Shown one piece after another: positions 26,677 to 36,717 of a DNA stretch of 64,000 nt (its first letter is position 1; every line of letters begins with the position of its first letter). The DNA is from an uncultured Clostridia bacterium. GTDB taxonomy: Bacteria > Bacillota > Clostridia > Christensenellales > DTU072. The translations under genes and the position numbers were made by a program. The DNA lies in contig CALVTP010000004.1 in NCBI GenBank assembly GCA_944362765.1, forward strand, positions 2,250 through 66,249, written 5' to 3'. The notes under the pieces were generated by a model. That model saw only the letters and a list, made by a program, of their open reading frames with translations, did no database searches and had not been told where the DNA came from.

Positions 26677-29069
26677 AAATATATGCTCCCGACCGCGCAT
26701 TCGCGGTCTCCGATTACCTGGACGCGGAAGCGCTGAAAGGCTGCCCCGAAGGACGCAGCTTCGAATACGAATGCTCCATACACGAGTATTTTGTGGTGCA
26801 GTTGGTGCTGCTGTCCGATTACAACGTCAAAGACCTCTCCGTCACCGTCGGCGCCCTCTGTCCGGAAGGTAGCGAAAACGGGATAGAGAGAGCCGTTACA
26901 TCGCTGAACACCGAACCCGTCTTTCCGAACGGCGAAAAAAAGAGGGTCGGACTGAATTTACATGCCGGCGTGCTGCAACCCGTATTTTTCGGGGTGGACT
27001 TCAAAAAAGCAACGCTCGGAAACTACTCCGCAGTCGTCAATATCGGCGAAGAGAGGGTGGAACTGAAATTTAAGCTCAACGACGAATTGGTGTTCGCTTC
27101 GGGCGCCTTCGACGGGCAGAGGCTGTCGAGGCTCGGCTGGCTGAACTCGACGAAATACCGCGACAAGCGTCCGCTTAAATGCTTCGAAGAAATTTCGGTC
27201 TCCAAAAACGTCGTCAAATTGACGGGGAAGGAACTGAGCTTCGGCAATAACGGATTTATCGAAGGTGCCGATTTCTTCTTCAACGCCTCCAACGCGCTGA
27301 CGGAAGAAGTGCAGACTTCACTCTTTCAGGCGCCGATGGACTTCATTCTCGAAGGGCAGAAATTCAAATATAACAAGGTGAGGATCCGCCCCCGCGCCGC
27401 CTCCGCGCTGGTGGAAGCCGACGGCAGAAGCCGCGACGCGAGAATCGACGTGGAAGCGCTGATCGGCTATGTCGGCACCGTCGACTACACTATTAAAATT
27501 ACCGCAGAAAACAACTTTATCTCCACCTACGCCGACCTTGAATTTGTTCTCGGCAAAGCCGACTATGCCGCGGGACTCGGCATGAAAGGCGGAAAGTTTA
27601 AAAATTTCGAATACGACTGGAATTCCTTAACGGCATCCGATTCTCTCTTTGTGGGCGCGGTAAACGCCGGAATGATATTGAAACTTTACGAGCGTGATGC
27701 AGCGCTTCCCCCCTTCGGAATGTACAAAAAGAGAAAAAAAGCGGTGCCGGTCGAGTCCTGGTGCAACTACCAAAGAGGCTCGGTGACGCTTTCGGAAGGC
27801 GGAGACGGAGAAAAGCTCGTGACGGCTTCGGCAGGGCAGATAATAATGAAGGCGGGAGAGCAGAAAGTCTTCCGTTTCAGGCTGCTGTTTACCCCCTTCA
27901 AACCCCTCGAATTAAAGTATACTCTCGGTATGCGTCCCGCCGAAACGGAGCTTTTCACGTCTAAAACGGACGCGATATCGAAAGCACGCGAAAACGCCAT
28001 GCAATACATTGCGCTCCCCCGTCACTGCGCGGGAAACCCGTACAGGAATTATCCGTTTGACGAATATAAGGAGCTCCAAAAGCTTACTTTGGGAGCCCAT
28101 AAACAAAAAATCGGACTGGCAATTGAATACGACTCTTCCTCTTTAAGCGCACATGCGCCGGAAAGCGGAGCCATCGCTTCGATGGGGGACGAACTTATTT
28201 ACAGAAGGAGCGGCGAACTCACTCCCGCAAGCTGGATAGCGGGCGGCGTCGTCATAGAGGACGTTGAAATCGCCGGGCGGAAGGAACGCGACGCGTCATA
28301 TCTTCTGGTGCCCGGTTCCAGAATGGACAATTTCTTTGTCGAAGGCGTTGAGTTCCTCGCAAGGGAAGCCAAGGTGGACGGAGTGCTGCTTTCGGATACG
28401 TCCATGCAGCGCGACACCGCCGAGAGGGCTGCGAAATGCCTTGAAAGAAACAGGGGAGAGCGGGCGATGACGGAGCTCGGCTTCAGAGAGCGTTTCGATA
28501 AAGCCAACGGCTACCTCACCTCGCTTGTCGCTTACGCCGACATATTGCCGTTCATGAAAAGGCTGTATGCCATGGACAAACTCGACTTCGGCGCGCCGGA
28601 CAAAAACCTGTTTGAGCTCAGCGGCATTCCCTTCGGACTGGCGGGAGACTCGTCTCGAGACAGCTCCGTTTTAGGCTCTTTATTGTATGCCATGCTGCCG
28701 CGTTACGGCAAAAACTACGAGGCGGGATTTGCGATGAACGACATCCAGAAGATATTGAAGGAGTTCGATATCTCGTCCGCCAAATTACGCGGCTTTTGGG
28801 ATCCCGAAAACCCTGTAAGGGTCGACAATTCCAAGATTTTATGCACTTCGTTTATCAACGGCGAAAACATGATCACGGTGCTGTACAACATATCCGACAA
28901 GGACATCGTTTTCGAGGTCGGCGTCGAAAACAAGATGGGTTACACCACCGTCGGGAAGAAGGTCGTAAAGCCTTCGATAGAGGGGTTGCAGCGTTCGGGG
29001 CGCGTCAACTTCGGAAAGCCGATGAAATTGAAGGCGGGGCGGGGTATGCTTATCACGGTGACAAAATAA
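26673..29069 (+). CDS. divergent DUF6067-like (putative glycoside hydrolase fold) protein
   Basis: LGWLNS, FRLLFTPFKP, NPYRNYPF, ELSGIPFGL, GFWDPENPV; ATGA overlap with lacZ. Confidence 0.65.
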   Translation: MKIYAPDRAFAVSDYLDAEALKGCPEGRSFEYECSIHEYFVVQLVLLSDYNVKDLSVTVGALCPEGSENGIERAVTSLNTEPVFPNGEKKRVGLNLHAGVLQPVFFGVDFKKATLGNYSAVVNIGEERVELKFKLNDELVFASGAFDGQRLSRLGWLNSTKYRDKRPLKCFEEISVSKNVVKLTGKELSFGNNGFIEGADFFFNASNALTEEVQTSLFQAPMDFILEGQKFKYNKVRIRPRAASALVEADGRSRDARIDVEALIGYVGTVDYTIKITAENNFISTYADLEFVLGKADYAAGLGMKGGKFKNFEYDWNSLTASDSLFVGAVNAGMILKLYERDAALPPFGMYKKRKKAVPVESWCNYQRGSVTLSEGGDGEKLVTASAGQIIMKAGEQKVFRFRLLFTPFKPLELKYTLGMRPAETELFTSKTDAISKARENAMQYIALPRHCAGNPYRNYPFDEYKELQKLTLGAHKQKIGLAIEYDSSSLSAHAPESGAIASMGDELIYRRSGELTPASWIAGGVVIEDVEIAGRKERDASYLLVPGSRMDNFFVEGVEFLAREAKVDGVLLSDTSMQRDTAERAAKCLERNRGERAMTELGFRERFDKANGYLTSLVAYADILPFMKRLYAMDKLDFGAPDKNLFELSGIPFGLAGDSSRDSSVLGSLLYAMLPRYGKNYEAGFAMNDIQKILKEFDISSAKLRGFWDPENPVRVDNSKILCTSFINGENMITVLYNISDKDIVFEVGVENKMGYTTVGKKVVKPSIEGLQRSGRVNFGKPMKLKAGRGMLITVTK

Positions 29070-29158
29070 TCCGCCTTCCTTAATTCGCCGATTGCGGCGG
29101 AGAAGGGGAATTTTCCGCGGAAGCGTTAAAGTTCAGATAACTATGCTTTCCTTATCCG

Positions 29159-29195
29159 AAAGGGGCGTTCTCATATGCGGGAACGCTCTTTTTTC
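29159..29195 (+). terminator. probable terminator
   Basis: GGGGCGTTC...GAACGCTC plus a T-run. Confidence 0.6.
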
Positions 29196-29215
29196 GCCAA
29201 AGGCGAAATTTGATA

Positions 29216-29244
29216 TTGCATTTATTACGCGCGTATGATATTAT
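29216..29244 (+). promoter_or_regulatory. sigmaA promoter of the 1948-aa surface protein
   Basis: TTGCAT, 17 bp (contains palindrome TACGCGCGTA), TG-extended TATTAT. Confidence 0.65.
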
Positions 29245-29273
29245 AAAAATATAAAATCGTAGGGTGGCATTTC

Positions 29274-32200
29274 ATGACCAAAAAAGTTTTTCTGTTCGTT
29301 CCGATTTCTTTGATTATTATGGGAGCTTTGCTTGTCGCGGCGTTTTTTGCGGCATCGCCGGGAGCCGACCGAACGGCTTTTGCCGCCGATTTCCCGAGCG
29401 GACAGACGGGCGACGGAACAGCGGAAAACCCCTACATCATTTCCGACTACTCCGATCTTGAAAGGGTGGCGAAGCTTGTCAACGGCGGAACCGGCAATTA
29501 CGGCAGCGCATACTACTCGGTCAACGTCGATACCATAGAAGCCCCCTCCTCTTCGAGATGGACGCCGATAGGCACTCAGAAGTCACCGTTTTGCGGAGTT
29601 TTCCTCGGCAACGGCGTAATTATTTCGGGACTTTACGTCAATATGACCGCCGGAAGCTATTACGGCGGCTTTTTCGGATATATCGGAGAGGAAGGGAAGG
29701 TCTCCGGTGTCGGACTGTACAAAGCCTCCGTCGGCTCATCCGATTGTTTCGGCGGTATAGCAGGATACAATGCGGGGCGCATTTCGGAATGTTTTGTCGA
29801 CGGAACGGTATCGGGACTTGACCGCGTCGGCGGCATAGCGGGAGAAAACGCCGGGACGGGAGAAATAGAAAATTGTTTCTCCTCCGCAGATATCCGCCCC
29901 GCCTCCGGTTCGGTGCCGTTAAGTAATGCGGGCGGAATTGCGGGAAGCAATGCGGGCTCCATCCGTTACTCTTATACGATTTCCGCCGTCGAGGCGGCTT
30001 CCGGCTCCGATAGCGTAGGCGGAGCCGCAGGCGCGAACGACGGTTCGTTCACCAAGGCATATGCGTTGAGTATCACCGCGGGCGGGCTGAAAGCGGTAGG
30101 CGAAGGCTCCGCGGCGGGCGTAAACCTTCTTACCGGCTACAATCTTCAGACGTACGCCTTATCTTCGATGTTTTCGGACGCCACAGCCGCGCGGTGGAGG
30201 AGAGTGGAGAAATATTCCACCGGGGACGGAGCCTCTTTTTCGGGACCCGTGCAGGCTGTCTTCCGCGACAAAGCCTCGGATGTCACTGAATTCGACGGCA
30301 TACTTTTCGACGTCTTCTCATACAGATATTTTTCCGTTGCCGATGTCGCGCGATATGACGATTGGGGTACGACGGCGGAGAATCCTTATCTTATAAGTTC
30401 CGCGGAGGAGCTGAAAGATCTCGCTCTCCTGGTCTCCGCCCGTAACGTAGAGATGACCGGTTTGTCCGCTCAAAGTTACAGAGGAAAGTACTTTGCGCTT
30501 TCCGAAGATATAGAAATAGAAAACGCAGATTCCGTGCTGCCGGTCGGCAGCGGTTCCACGCCGTTTTCCGGGAATTTTTCGGGCAGAGGCCACAAAATAG
30601 AGGGCTTTAAGATTAACAGTACCGATGAATATACGGGACTGTTCGGATATCTGAGTTATGCTTCCGTTTCCGATCTTTATATCGAAAACGCTTCCGTTAC
30701 CGGCACCGGCGCCGCGGGCATAGCCGCGGGACGGGCGGTTTCTTCGACGTTGAAGAATATAGTCATAACAGCTTCTTTGCTGACCGCGTCGTCGAATTCC
30801 GGGGCGATCGTTGCCGTTTCGGACAACTCCGGCGGGACGCAGGGCGCAATAGAGTCGGTTTATGTCGAGGCGACGCTTGCCGCCCGAAACTCAAGCTCAG
30901 GAACTCCCTATGCGGACGTCGGCGTAATCAACGGTTCGGCTCCCTCTTCGGACGGAAATATCTGGTATGCGGGAAAGACCGTCGCCTCATCAAGGCTGCA
31001 GGCGACCTCTACGGTCGTTATGCGCGAGCCGGGAGCGGACGCTGTTCTTTCGGTGGACGGCTCGGAGGGCAGCTACCGCTTTACGCTGACCGCCAAGCCG
31101 AATGCAGGCACTTCGGTAGAATACCGCGATGCCGACGAGACGATAATAGCCGCCGACAACGCCGATGAAATTTCACTTGACTCGCTTCGCGACAGCGGTT
31201 CTCAGTACGGCACGAAGGTATTCTATCTGAGATTTGTGCGCACCGTCTCTATAGACGTCGAACCCCGAAACGGCGGCACGAAGGTTATCTCCGCCCGGTT
31301 TCTGATAAAAGGTGAGAGGGTGACGGAAGCATCCCTTTATGAAGGACAGAGCGCAACTATTGTAATAGAAGACCTCAGAACAGAGGCGAACAACAATATA
31401 TACTATATCTACGATATTGAGACGGAAGGCTCCGACATAGGGTTGAAGTTGACGAACCAAACCGGTGCCGCGACGATGCCGACTGTGGTGGGTGAGTTCA
31501 CGATGGACGATTCACTCGATGCCATAACCGTTGTACAGAGTTACGTTTCGACAGGTACCGATTATATCAATTTTCTGACCAACGAATACGACGGCAACAA
31601 GGTGGAATACGACAACACAAAATTGATTATCTCTTATTCGGGCGGCTCAGCCGAAACGCGGGTGGAATTTTCTTCGGGCTCGGCTCCGACAGACGTAGGC
31701 GAATATCTCGTAACCACCGATTTTTACGGAAAAGGCGGGATATTCGAGAATATCCTCCTGGGCTCCATTCGCTCCACGCTCGTCGTTAATCCGCGTGAAA
31801 TCACTTACGTTCCGGCTGACGATATAAAACTTAATCCGGAGCGCACGCCTACCGTTGCATGGGGCGACAGCGGCATTATTACGCTTGAAATCCCCGTCGA
31901 AGACAATAAGGGTATCGGGAAAGATCAATTCATCGAAGGCGACGTGCTCGGGATAAGCGCGACAGTCACTTTCGACGCCGCGGCGCTGCAGGTGCCCGGG
32001 GATAATAAATCGGTAAGCTATACACTTTCTCTCGTCGGGGAAGACGCGAAAAACTATAAGCTGACGGCTGAATCCGTTCAGAATGTGGGACTGGGCAAAG
32101 TAGAAAAGAGAAAGATAATCATAACCTTCGAATCCACTTCGAAAGTTTACGACGGTCAGCCCTTCGAAATAAATTCGTTCAAAGTCACAAACGCGCTGGA

Positions 32201-35120
32201 ATCTGCGGGAGCGATAGAACACAGTCATCTTTTGGTCGTAATCGTACCCGAAGACACGGTCATCGAAGCAGGGGATGTGGGAAAATATAAAGTCACCGTA
32301 CAATGGGCGGATGCGACGCCTGAGGTCGGTAACGGGCTCTCATTCAAAGACGTCTACGACATTTATATCGAAGACGGAAAATATTCTCTTAAATACGTGC
32401 CCGGCTCGGAAGGAATATTCTGTAGCGTACTTTCGAAGAAATTGGATGTGGAATACAGCTTGACCAACGGGGAAACCTCTTACGAGGAAGGCGATGAGAC
32501 CGTTTATAACGGAACGGAATTTATTCCGTCGGCAGCAAGCTTTACCGCGGCAAGCGGCGGAAGTACGGACTCCCTTGAAAATTATATTAAAATTTATCGG
32601 GTGAACGGCAGCACGGAAGAGGCGTCCGGCAATCCTTGTAATGCGGGAAATTATATCCTGAAAATCGACGCGGCAGCGCTTGCCGAAAAAGATATCGTTT
32701 ACAGAAACTACATATTCGAAGAGTATGCGTTCGAAATCAAAAAAGCCGTGCCCACAGCCAAGGTAAATTCCGAAAAGGAATATTACTATTCTCCGGAAAA
32801 CGTCACGGTGACTTTTGCGGACGCAGTCGTTATAGAATACCCGGGCGCCGAGGCGCTTAACGTGGAATATGTTTACGACGGGGAATCGGCAGAAAGTCAT
32901 AGCTTTACCGCCGCGGACGATTACGAGATAACGGTAAAAATAACGGGAGACGATAACCGCGAGTCGGTGGAAGTGAAGCTTTCCATAACCGTAAATAAGC
33001 GCCCGGTCACTTTGTCGGTAGCCGAAATCGAGGCGGAGTACGGTGACCCGATAGAATACCTTGACAACATCATCGTGACCGACGGTCGTCCCGATAATAA
33101 GGAGATAGCATTCTCGTCGCTCGGAATAACCGTCACCGCCAAAAATTCTTCCGGACAAGATATTCCCGATGTCGGAACCTATGACATTTTATTGTCGACG
33201 GAGAATGTTTCCTCCAATTACGATGTAACGTTGACGGAGGTAAATGAGGGCGCTCTCCGAGTGATACAAAAGAAGCTTTATATTTCCTGGGAAGAGGGGC
33301 TTTTCTCCGAATACGGACAGGAAATCTCCGTTCCGTACACGGCGTCGTACGAAGACGGGACGGTGCCGGAAAGCCCGCCCCTTGTCGGTGAGCTTCAGAT
33401 AGGAAAGTGGGAGACCGATAGCAATAATACGGATGAGGAGATCTTCGTTCCGGCTTCGGTAAACAAATATGATCGCTACGACGCAGGCACTTACGACATA
33501 GGCTGGACGGAGGAATTTGAGGAGAAGAATAAAAATTACCTCATCATTAAAAAAGGGACATATGCCTATCGGATAAAGAAGGCGGTTTTCGGTATCTCCG
33601 TTCAGTCGAACCAAAAGAACTTCGGCGAGGACGACCCCGAAGTAACATGGGGCTTGATAAACGTCTTTGATAAAGAGGCGGATAACGTCAAAAAAGCCTA
33701 CCAAGTGGCGGTAACGCGCCGGAGCGGCGAAAACGCTTATATTTCAGAAGACGGCGTAATCTCTTCTCCCGCGGTATACGCTTACTCCGTTGAGGTGAAG
33801 CTTAACGGAGAGGCGCCCGATAATTACGAGTACAAGTCAAGCCTGAATAAGCTTGGGAGTCTCAGCATCCTCCGCATAGCGCCCGTGGTGGAAGTTTCAG
33901 GGAACGCCGTCGAACCGAATACCGTTCTGGACGGCTCCGTCCCCGTCAACGCGGTTGCGTACGACTTGAACGGTTCGGAAATGGCGGGTATCTTCTCCTG
34001 GGCGACGGAAGAGGGCTTCGCCCCCGACTTTATAGGGAGCGCCTCCGTCACAGTCAAGGCAAAGTTCACCCCCGACTACGGCGTGCCGGAAAACGGCAAT
34101 TATTCCGAAACGGAATTCGATGTTATCCTTACGGTTATCCCCGCCGAGGTGGCAATCACGTGGGGGGTTATAAGGTATGTCTACTCCGGTGAGACCACTC
34201 CCGAGATGCATTATACCGCAGTCGCGGCAGGGGAGAGCGTTACGCTTCTCCTTACCTATTCCGGTGACAGGATAAATGTCGGCACCTATACCGTCACCGC
34301 CTCCATCCGGGATCCGAGATTTATTCTTCCCGCAAACAGTTCCGTCGAAGTGGAGATAGTTCCTGCCACAGTCACGGTATCTTTCAGTAGCCCAAGCTAC
34401 GAAATCATCGCAGGCGAACAACTTACCCCCGAAGTAGTCTATTCGGGCTTCGTCGGGGGCGAGACGGCGGAAGTACTGACAAGAGAAGCGGAGTTTACGA
34501 TGTACTCCGAGCCCGGTAATTATAAGCTGTCGCTTTCCGGAGCCGAAGCGGACAACTACGAATTCAAATACGTCGATTCCGACCTCATAATATACCGCGC
34601 CGAGCTTGAAGACGAGGAGGCGGGCGCAAAGTTCGAAGGCGCCTTCCCCGAGGAAGTCGGTCTGACCATTACCGTTGCCGACGACCTCAACGCAGGGAAT
34701 GCTCTGAACGAGTTCAGTCTGATAAAAGGAGCTTACAAATCGCTCTCCGGAAAGGTGTTGAATACCGTCTATTCCTTGAATTATTCCGGTCTTGACGGCT
34801 ACGTCAATAACGGCGAACTGACCGTCACCATGCCCGCATTCTCTGCCGAAAGCGCCGATTCCGTCAAATACCTCTATATCACCAACTCGGGCGAGATCGT
34901 GGTTATAGACGATGTCGGCTATAACGAAGACGGAACCGTCACGTTTACGCTCGAAGACGCGGCGTACATTCTGGTTTCCGTCGACGACGAGTCGCTTTTC
35001 GGCAGCATGACAATGTACGTTATAATAGGCGGAGTCGTCCTGGCGGTGATTTTATTGATAGCCGTTGTCACCGCCGTCAAACGACGCAGGAAGAGAAGAA
35101 TTATAAAATTCGACGACTGA
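29274..35120 (+). CDS. large surface protein: GLUG repeats, MBG/Ig-like repeats, C-terminal TM anchor
   Basis: Signal peptide, two GT(T)AENPY(I/L)I units with GGIAGxN repeats, many NY...I.K/R stalk units, C-terminal hydrophobic helix followed by KRRRKRR; no LPxTG. Confidence 0.85.
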   Translation: MTKKVFLFVPISLIIMGALLVAAFFAASPGADRTAFAADFPSGQTGDGTAENPYIISDYSDLERVAKLVNGGTGNYGSAYYSVNVDTIEAPSSSRWTPIGTQKSPFCGVFLGNGVIISGLYVNMTAGSYYGGFFGYIGEEGKVSGVGLYKASVGSSDCFGGIAGYNAGRISECFVDGTVSGLDRVGGIAGENAGTGEIENCFSSADIRPASGSVPLSNAGGIAGSNAGSIRYSYTISAVEAASGSDSVGGAAGANDGSFTKAYALSITAGGLKAVGEGSAAGVNLLTGYNLQTYALSSMFSDATAARWRRVEKYSTGDGASFSGPVQAVFRDKASDVTEFDGILFDVFSYRYFSVADVARYDDWGTTAENPYLISSAEELKDLALLVSARNVEMTGLSAQSYRGKYFALSEDIEIENADSVLPVGSGSTPFSGNFSGRGHKIEGFKINSTDEYTGLFGYLSYASVSDLYIENASVTGTGAAGIAAGRAVSSTLKNIVITASLLTASSNSGAIVAVSDNSGGTQGAIESVYVEATLAARNSSSGTPYADVGVINGSAPSSDGNIWYAGKTVASSRLQATSTVVMREPGADAVLSVDGSEGSYRFTLTAKPNAGTSVEYRDADETIIAADNADEISLDSLRDSGSQYGTKVFYLRFVRTVSIDVEPRNGGTKVISARFLIKGERVTEASLYEGQSATIVIEDLRTEANNNIYYIYDIETEGSDIGLKLTNQTGAATMPTVVGEFTMDDSLDAITVVQSYVSTGTDYINFLTNEYDGNKVEYDNTKLIISYSGGSAETRVEFSSGSAPTDVGEYLVTTDFYGKGGIFENILLGSIRSTLVVNPREITYVPADDIKLNPERTPTVAWGDSGIITLEIPVEDNKGIGKDQFIEGDVLGISATVTFDAAALQVPGDNKSVSYTLSLVGEDAKNYKLTAESVQNVGLGKVEKRKIIITFESTSKVYDGQPFEINSFKVTNALESAGAIEHSHLLVVIVPEDTVIEAGDVGKYKVTVQWADATPEVGNGLSFKDVYDIYIEDGKYSLKYVPGSEGIFCSVLSKKLDVEYSLTNGETSYEEGDETVYNGTEFIPSAASFTAASGGSTDSLENYIKIYRVNGSTEEASGNPCNAGNYILKIDAAALAEKDIVYRNYIFEEYAFEIKKAVPTAKVNSEKEYYYSPENVTVTFADAVVIEYPGAEALNVEYVYDGESAESHSFTAADDYEITVKITGDDNRESVEVKLSITVNKRPVTLSVAEIEAEYGDPIEYLDNIIVTDGRPDNKEIAFSSLGITVTAKNSSGQDIPDVGTYDILLSTENVSSNYDVTLTEVNEGALRVIQKKLYISWEEGLFSEYGQEISVPYTASYEDGTVPESPPLVGELQIGKWETDSNNTDEEIFVPASVNKYDRYDAGTYDIGWTEEFEEKNKNYLIIKKGTYAYRIKKAVFGISVQSNQKNFGEDDPEVTWGLINVFDKEADNVKKAYQVAVTRRSGENAYISEDGVISSPAVYAYSVEVKLNGEAPDNYEYKSSLNKLGSLSILRIAPVVEVSGNAVEPNTVLDGSVPVNAVAYDLNGSEMAGIFSWATEEGFAPDFIGSASVTVKAKFTPDYGVPENGNYSETEFDVILTVIPAEVAITWGVIRYVYSGETTPEMHYTAVAAGESVTLLLTYSGDRINVGTYTVTASIRDPRFILPANSSVEVEIVPATVTVSFSSPSYEIIAGEQLTPEVVYSGFVGGETAEVLTREAEFTMYSEPGNYKLSLSGAEADNYEFKYVDSDLIIYRAELEDEEAGAKFEGAFPEEVGLTITVADDLNAGNALNEFSLIKGAYKSLSGKVLNTVYSLNYSGLDGYVNNGELTVTMPAFSAESADSVKYLYITNSGEIVVIDDVGYNEDGTVTFTLEDAAYILVSVDDESLFGSMTMYVIIGGVVLAVILLIAVVTAVKRRRKRRIIKFDD

Positions 35121-35252
35121 TTTTTGTCGGCTTCGGCGTAGGTGAAACTAAGCCCTGCAAACAGGTTTTGCGGTAAGCGCCGGGTTCGTTATGCGCTTTT
35201 TTCGTAAGCGACGGTTTTTCCGGCGGCAAAATCATTGTGCTTTTAATTAAAT

Positions 35253-35281
35253 TTGACTTTTCGTCTTATATATAGTATAAT
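35253..35281 (+). promoter_or_regulatory. sigmaA promoter of the citrate synthase operon
   Basis: TTGACT, 17 bp, TATAAT. Confidence 0.8.
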
Positions 35282-35339
35282 AGCTATAATCACATTTTTA
35301 AGGGCTTAAACTCCCTTCATTTCAACAAGGAGGTATGTA

Positions 35340-36713
35340 ATGCCGAAAGCGGAAAACCCCAAAAAGGGCATTCAGAAGCGGGTCAAAGAACTCAGCGTTG
35401 TAGCAAAAAAGTCGACTATCATAAAGGAAGAATATTATGAACAGCACGATTGTAAGCGCGGGTTGAGAGACATAAACGGTAAAGGCGTTTTGGTGGGTCT
35501 TACCGAAATTTCCGAGATAATAGCGTCGAAAACCGACGAGAACGGCAACCGCATTCCCTGCCACGGGGAGCTCTATTACAGGGGAATTCTGTTGGACGAT
35601 ATCGTGCGCGGATTTGTCAAGGAGAAGCGCTTCGGTTTTGAGGAGACGACATACTTACTACTCTTCGGGCACCTTCCGAACGCAAAAGAATTGAAGGAAT
35701 TTTCGGAAATGCTTGCTGCGCTCAGAGTGTTGCCGTCCGGTTTTTTGAGGGACGTCATAATGAAGCGCCCCTCCGTCGATATGATGAACGTTCTGCAAAG
35801 AAGCGTTCTGACGCTTTACGCTTACGACGACAACCCCGACGACATAGGTATAGACAACGTCCTATTGCAATGTCTCGACCTCATCGCGAAATTCCCGATG
35901 CTTTCGGTATACGGCTACCATGTCTTCAAACACTACTACGAAGACGGCAGCCTCATCATTCACAAACCTGACCCGTCGATGTCGCTTGCGGAGTCTTTTC
36001 TCCACATGCTGAGGGCGGACGGGAGCTATACCGCTTTGGAAGCAAAGCTTCTGGATCTGTGCATGGTGCTGCACGCCGAACACGGCGGCGGCAACAACTC
36101 CACCTTCACCGACCACGTAGTGACCAGCTCGGGGACGGACACCTATTCCGCAATTGCGGCGTCCTTGGGTTCTTTAAAGGGTCCCAGGCACGGCGGCGCC
36201 AACGTAAAAGTCATCCGCATGATGCAAAACATCAAGGAAAACGTCAATATCAACAGCGACGACGCCATCCGCAAGTACCTGAACGACATTCTGGACAAGA
36301 AAGCTTTCGACAAATCGGGGCTCATATACGGCATGGGACACGCCGTCTATTCCATCTCCGACCCGAGAGCGAAGATATTGAAATCGTTTATAAAACCGCT
36401 TGCGATAGAAAAGGGGCTCGAAGAGGAATACAAGTTCTATGCGAGGATAGAAAAGATAGCTCCGGAGGTCATCTCCGAAAGAAGGCGCATCTATAAAGGC
36501 GTTTCGGCGAATATCGACTTCTACTCGGGACTTATTTACAGCATGCTCGGTATTCCGATGGAATTATTTACGCCGCTTTTCGCGATGGCGAGAATGTCCG
36601 GTTGGAGCGCCCACAGAATAGAGGAGCTCTCCAACAACGGTAAGATAATCCGTCCCGCCTACGACGCCGTAGCCGCCCATCAACCGTATATCAAACTGAC
36701 CGAAAGGAAATAG
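35340..36713 (+). CDS. gltA: citrate synthase
   Basis: GELYYRG, LHAEHGGGNNST, GPRHGGAN, IYGMGHAVY, DPRA, ANIDFYSG. Confidence 0.93.
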   Translation: MPKAENPKKGIQKRVKELSVVAKKSTIIKEEYYEQHDCKRGLRDINGKGVLVGLTEISEIIASKTDENGNRIPCHGELYYRGILLDDIVRGFVKEKRFGFEETTYLLLFGHLPNAKELKEFSEMLAALRVLPSGFLRDVIMKRPSVDMMNVLQRSVLTLYAYDDNPDDIGIDNVLLQCLDLIAKFPMLSVYGYHVFKHYYEDGSLIIHKPDPSMSLAESFLHMLRADGSYTALEAKLLDLCMVLHAEHGGGNNSTFTDHVVTSSGTDTYSAIAASLGSLKGPRHGGANVKVIRMMQNIKENVNINSDDAIRKYLNDILDKKAFDKSGLIYGMGHAVYSISDPRAKILKSFIKPLAIEKGLEEEYKFYARIEKIAPEVISERRRIYKGVSANIDFYSGLIYSMLGIPMELFTPLFAMARMSGWSAHRIEELSNNGKIIRPAYDAVAAHQPYIKLTERK

Positions 36714-36717
36714 ACAT

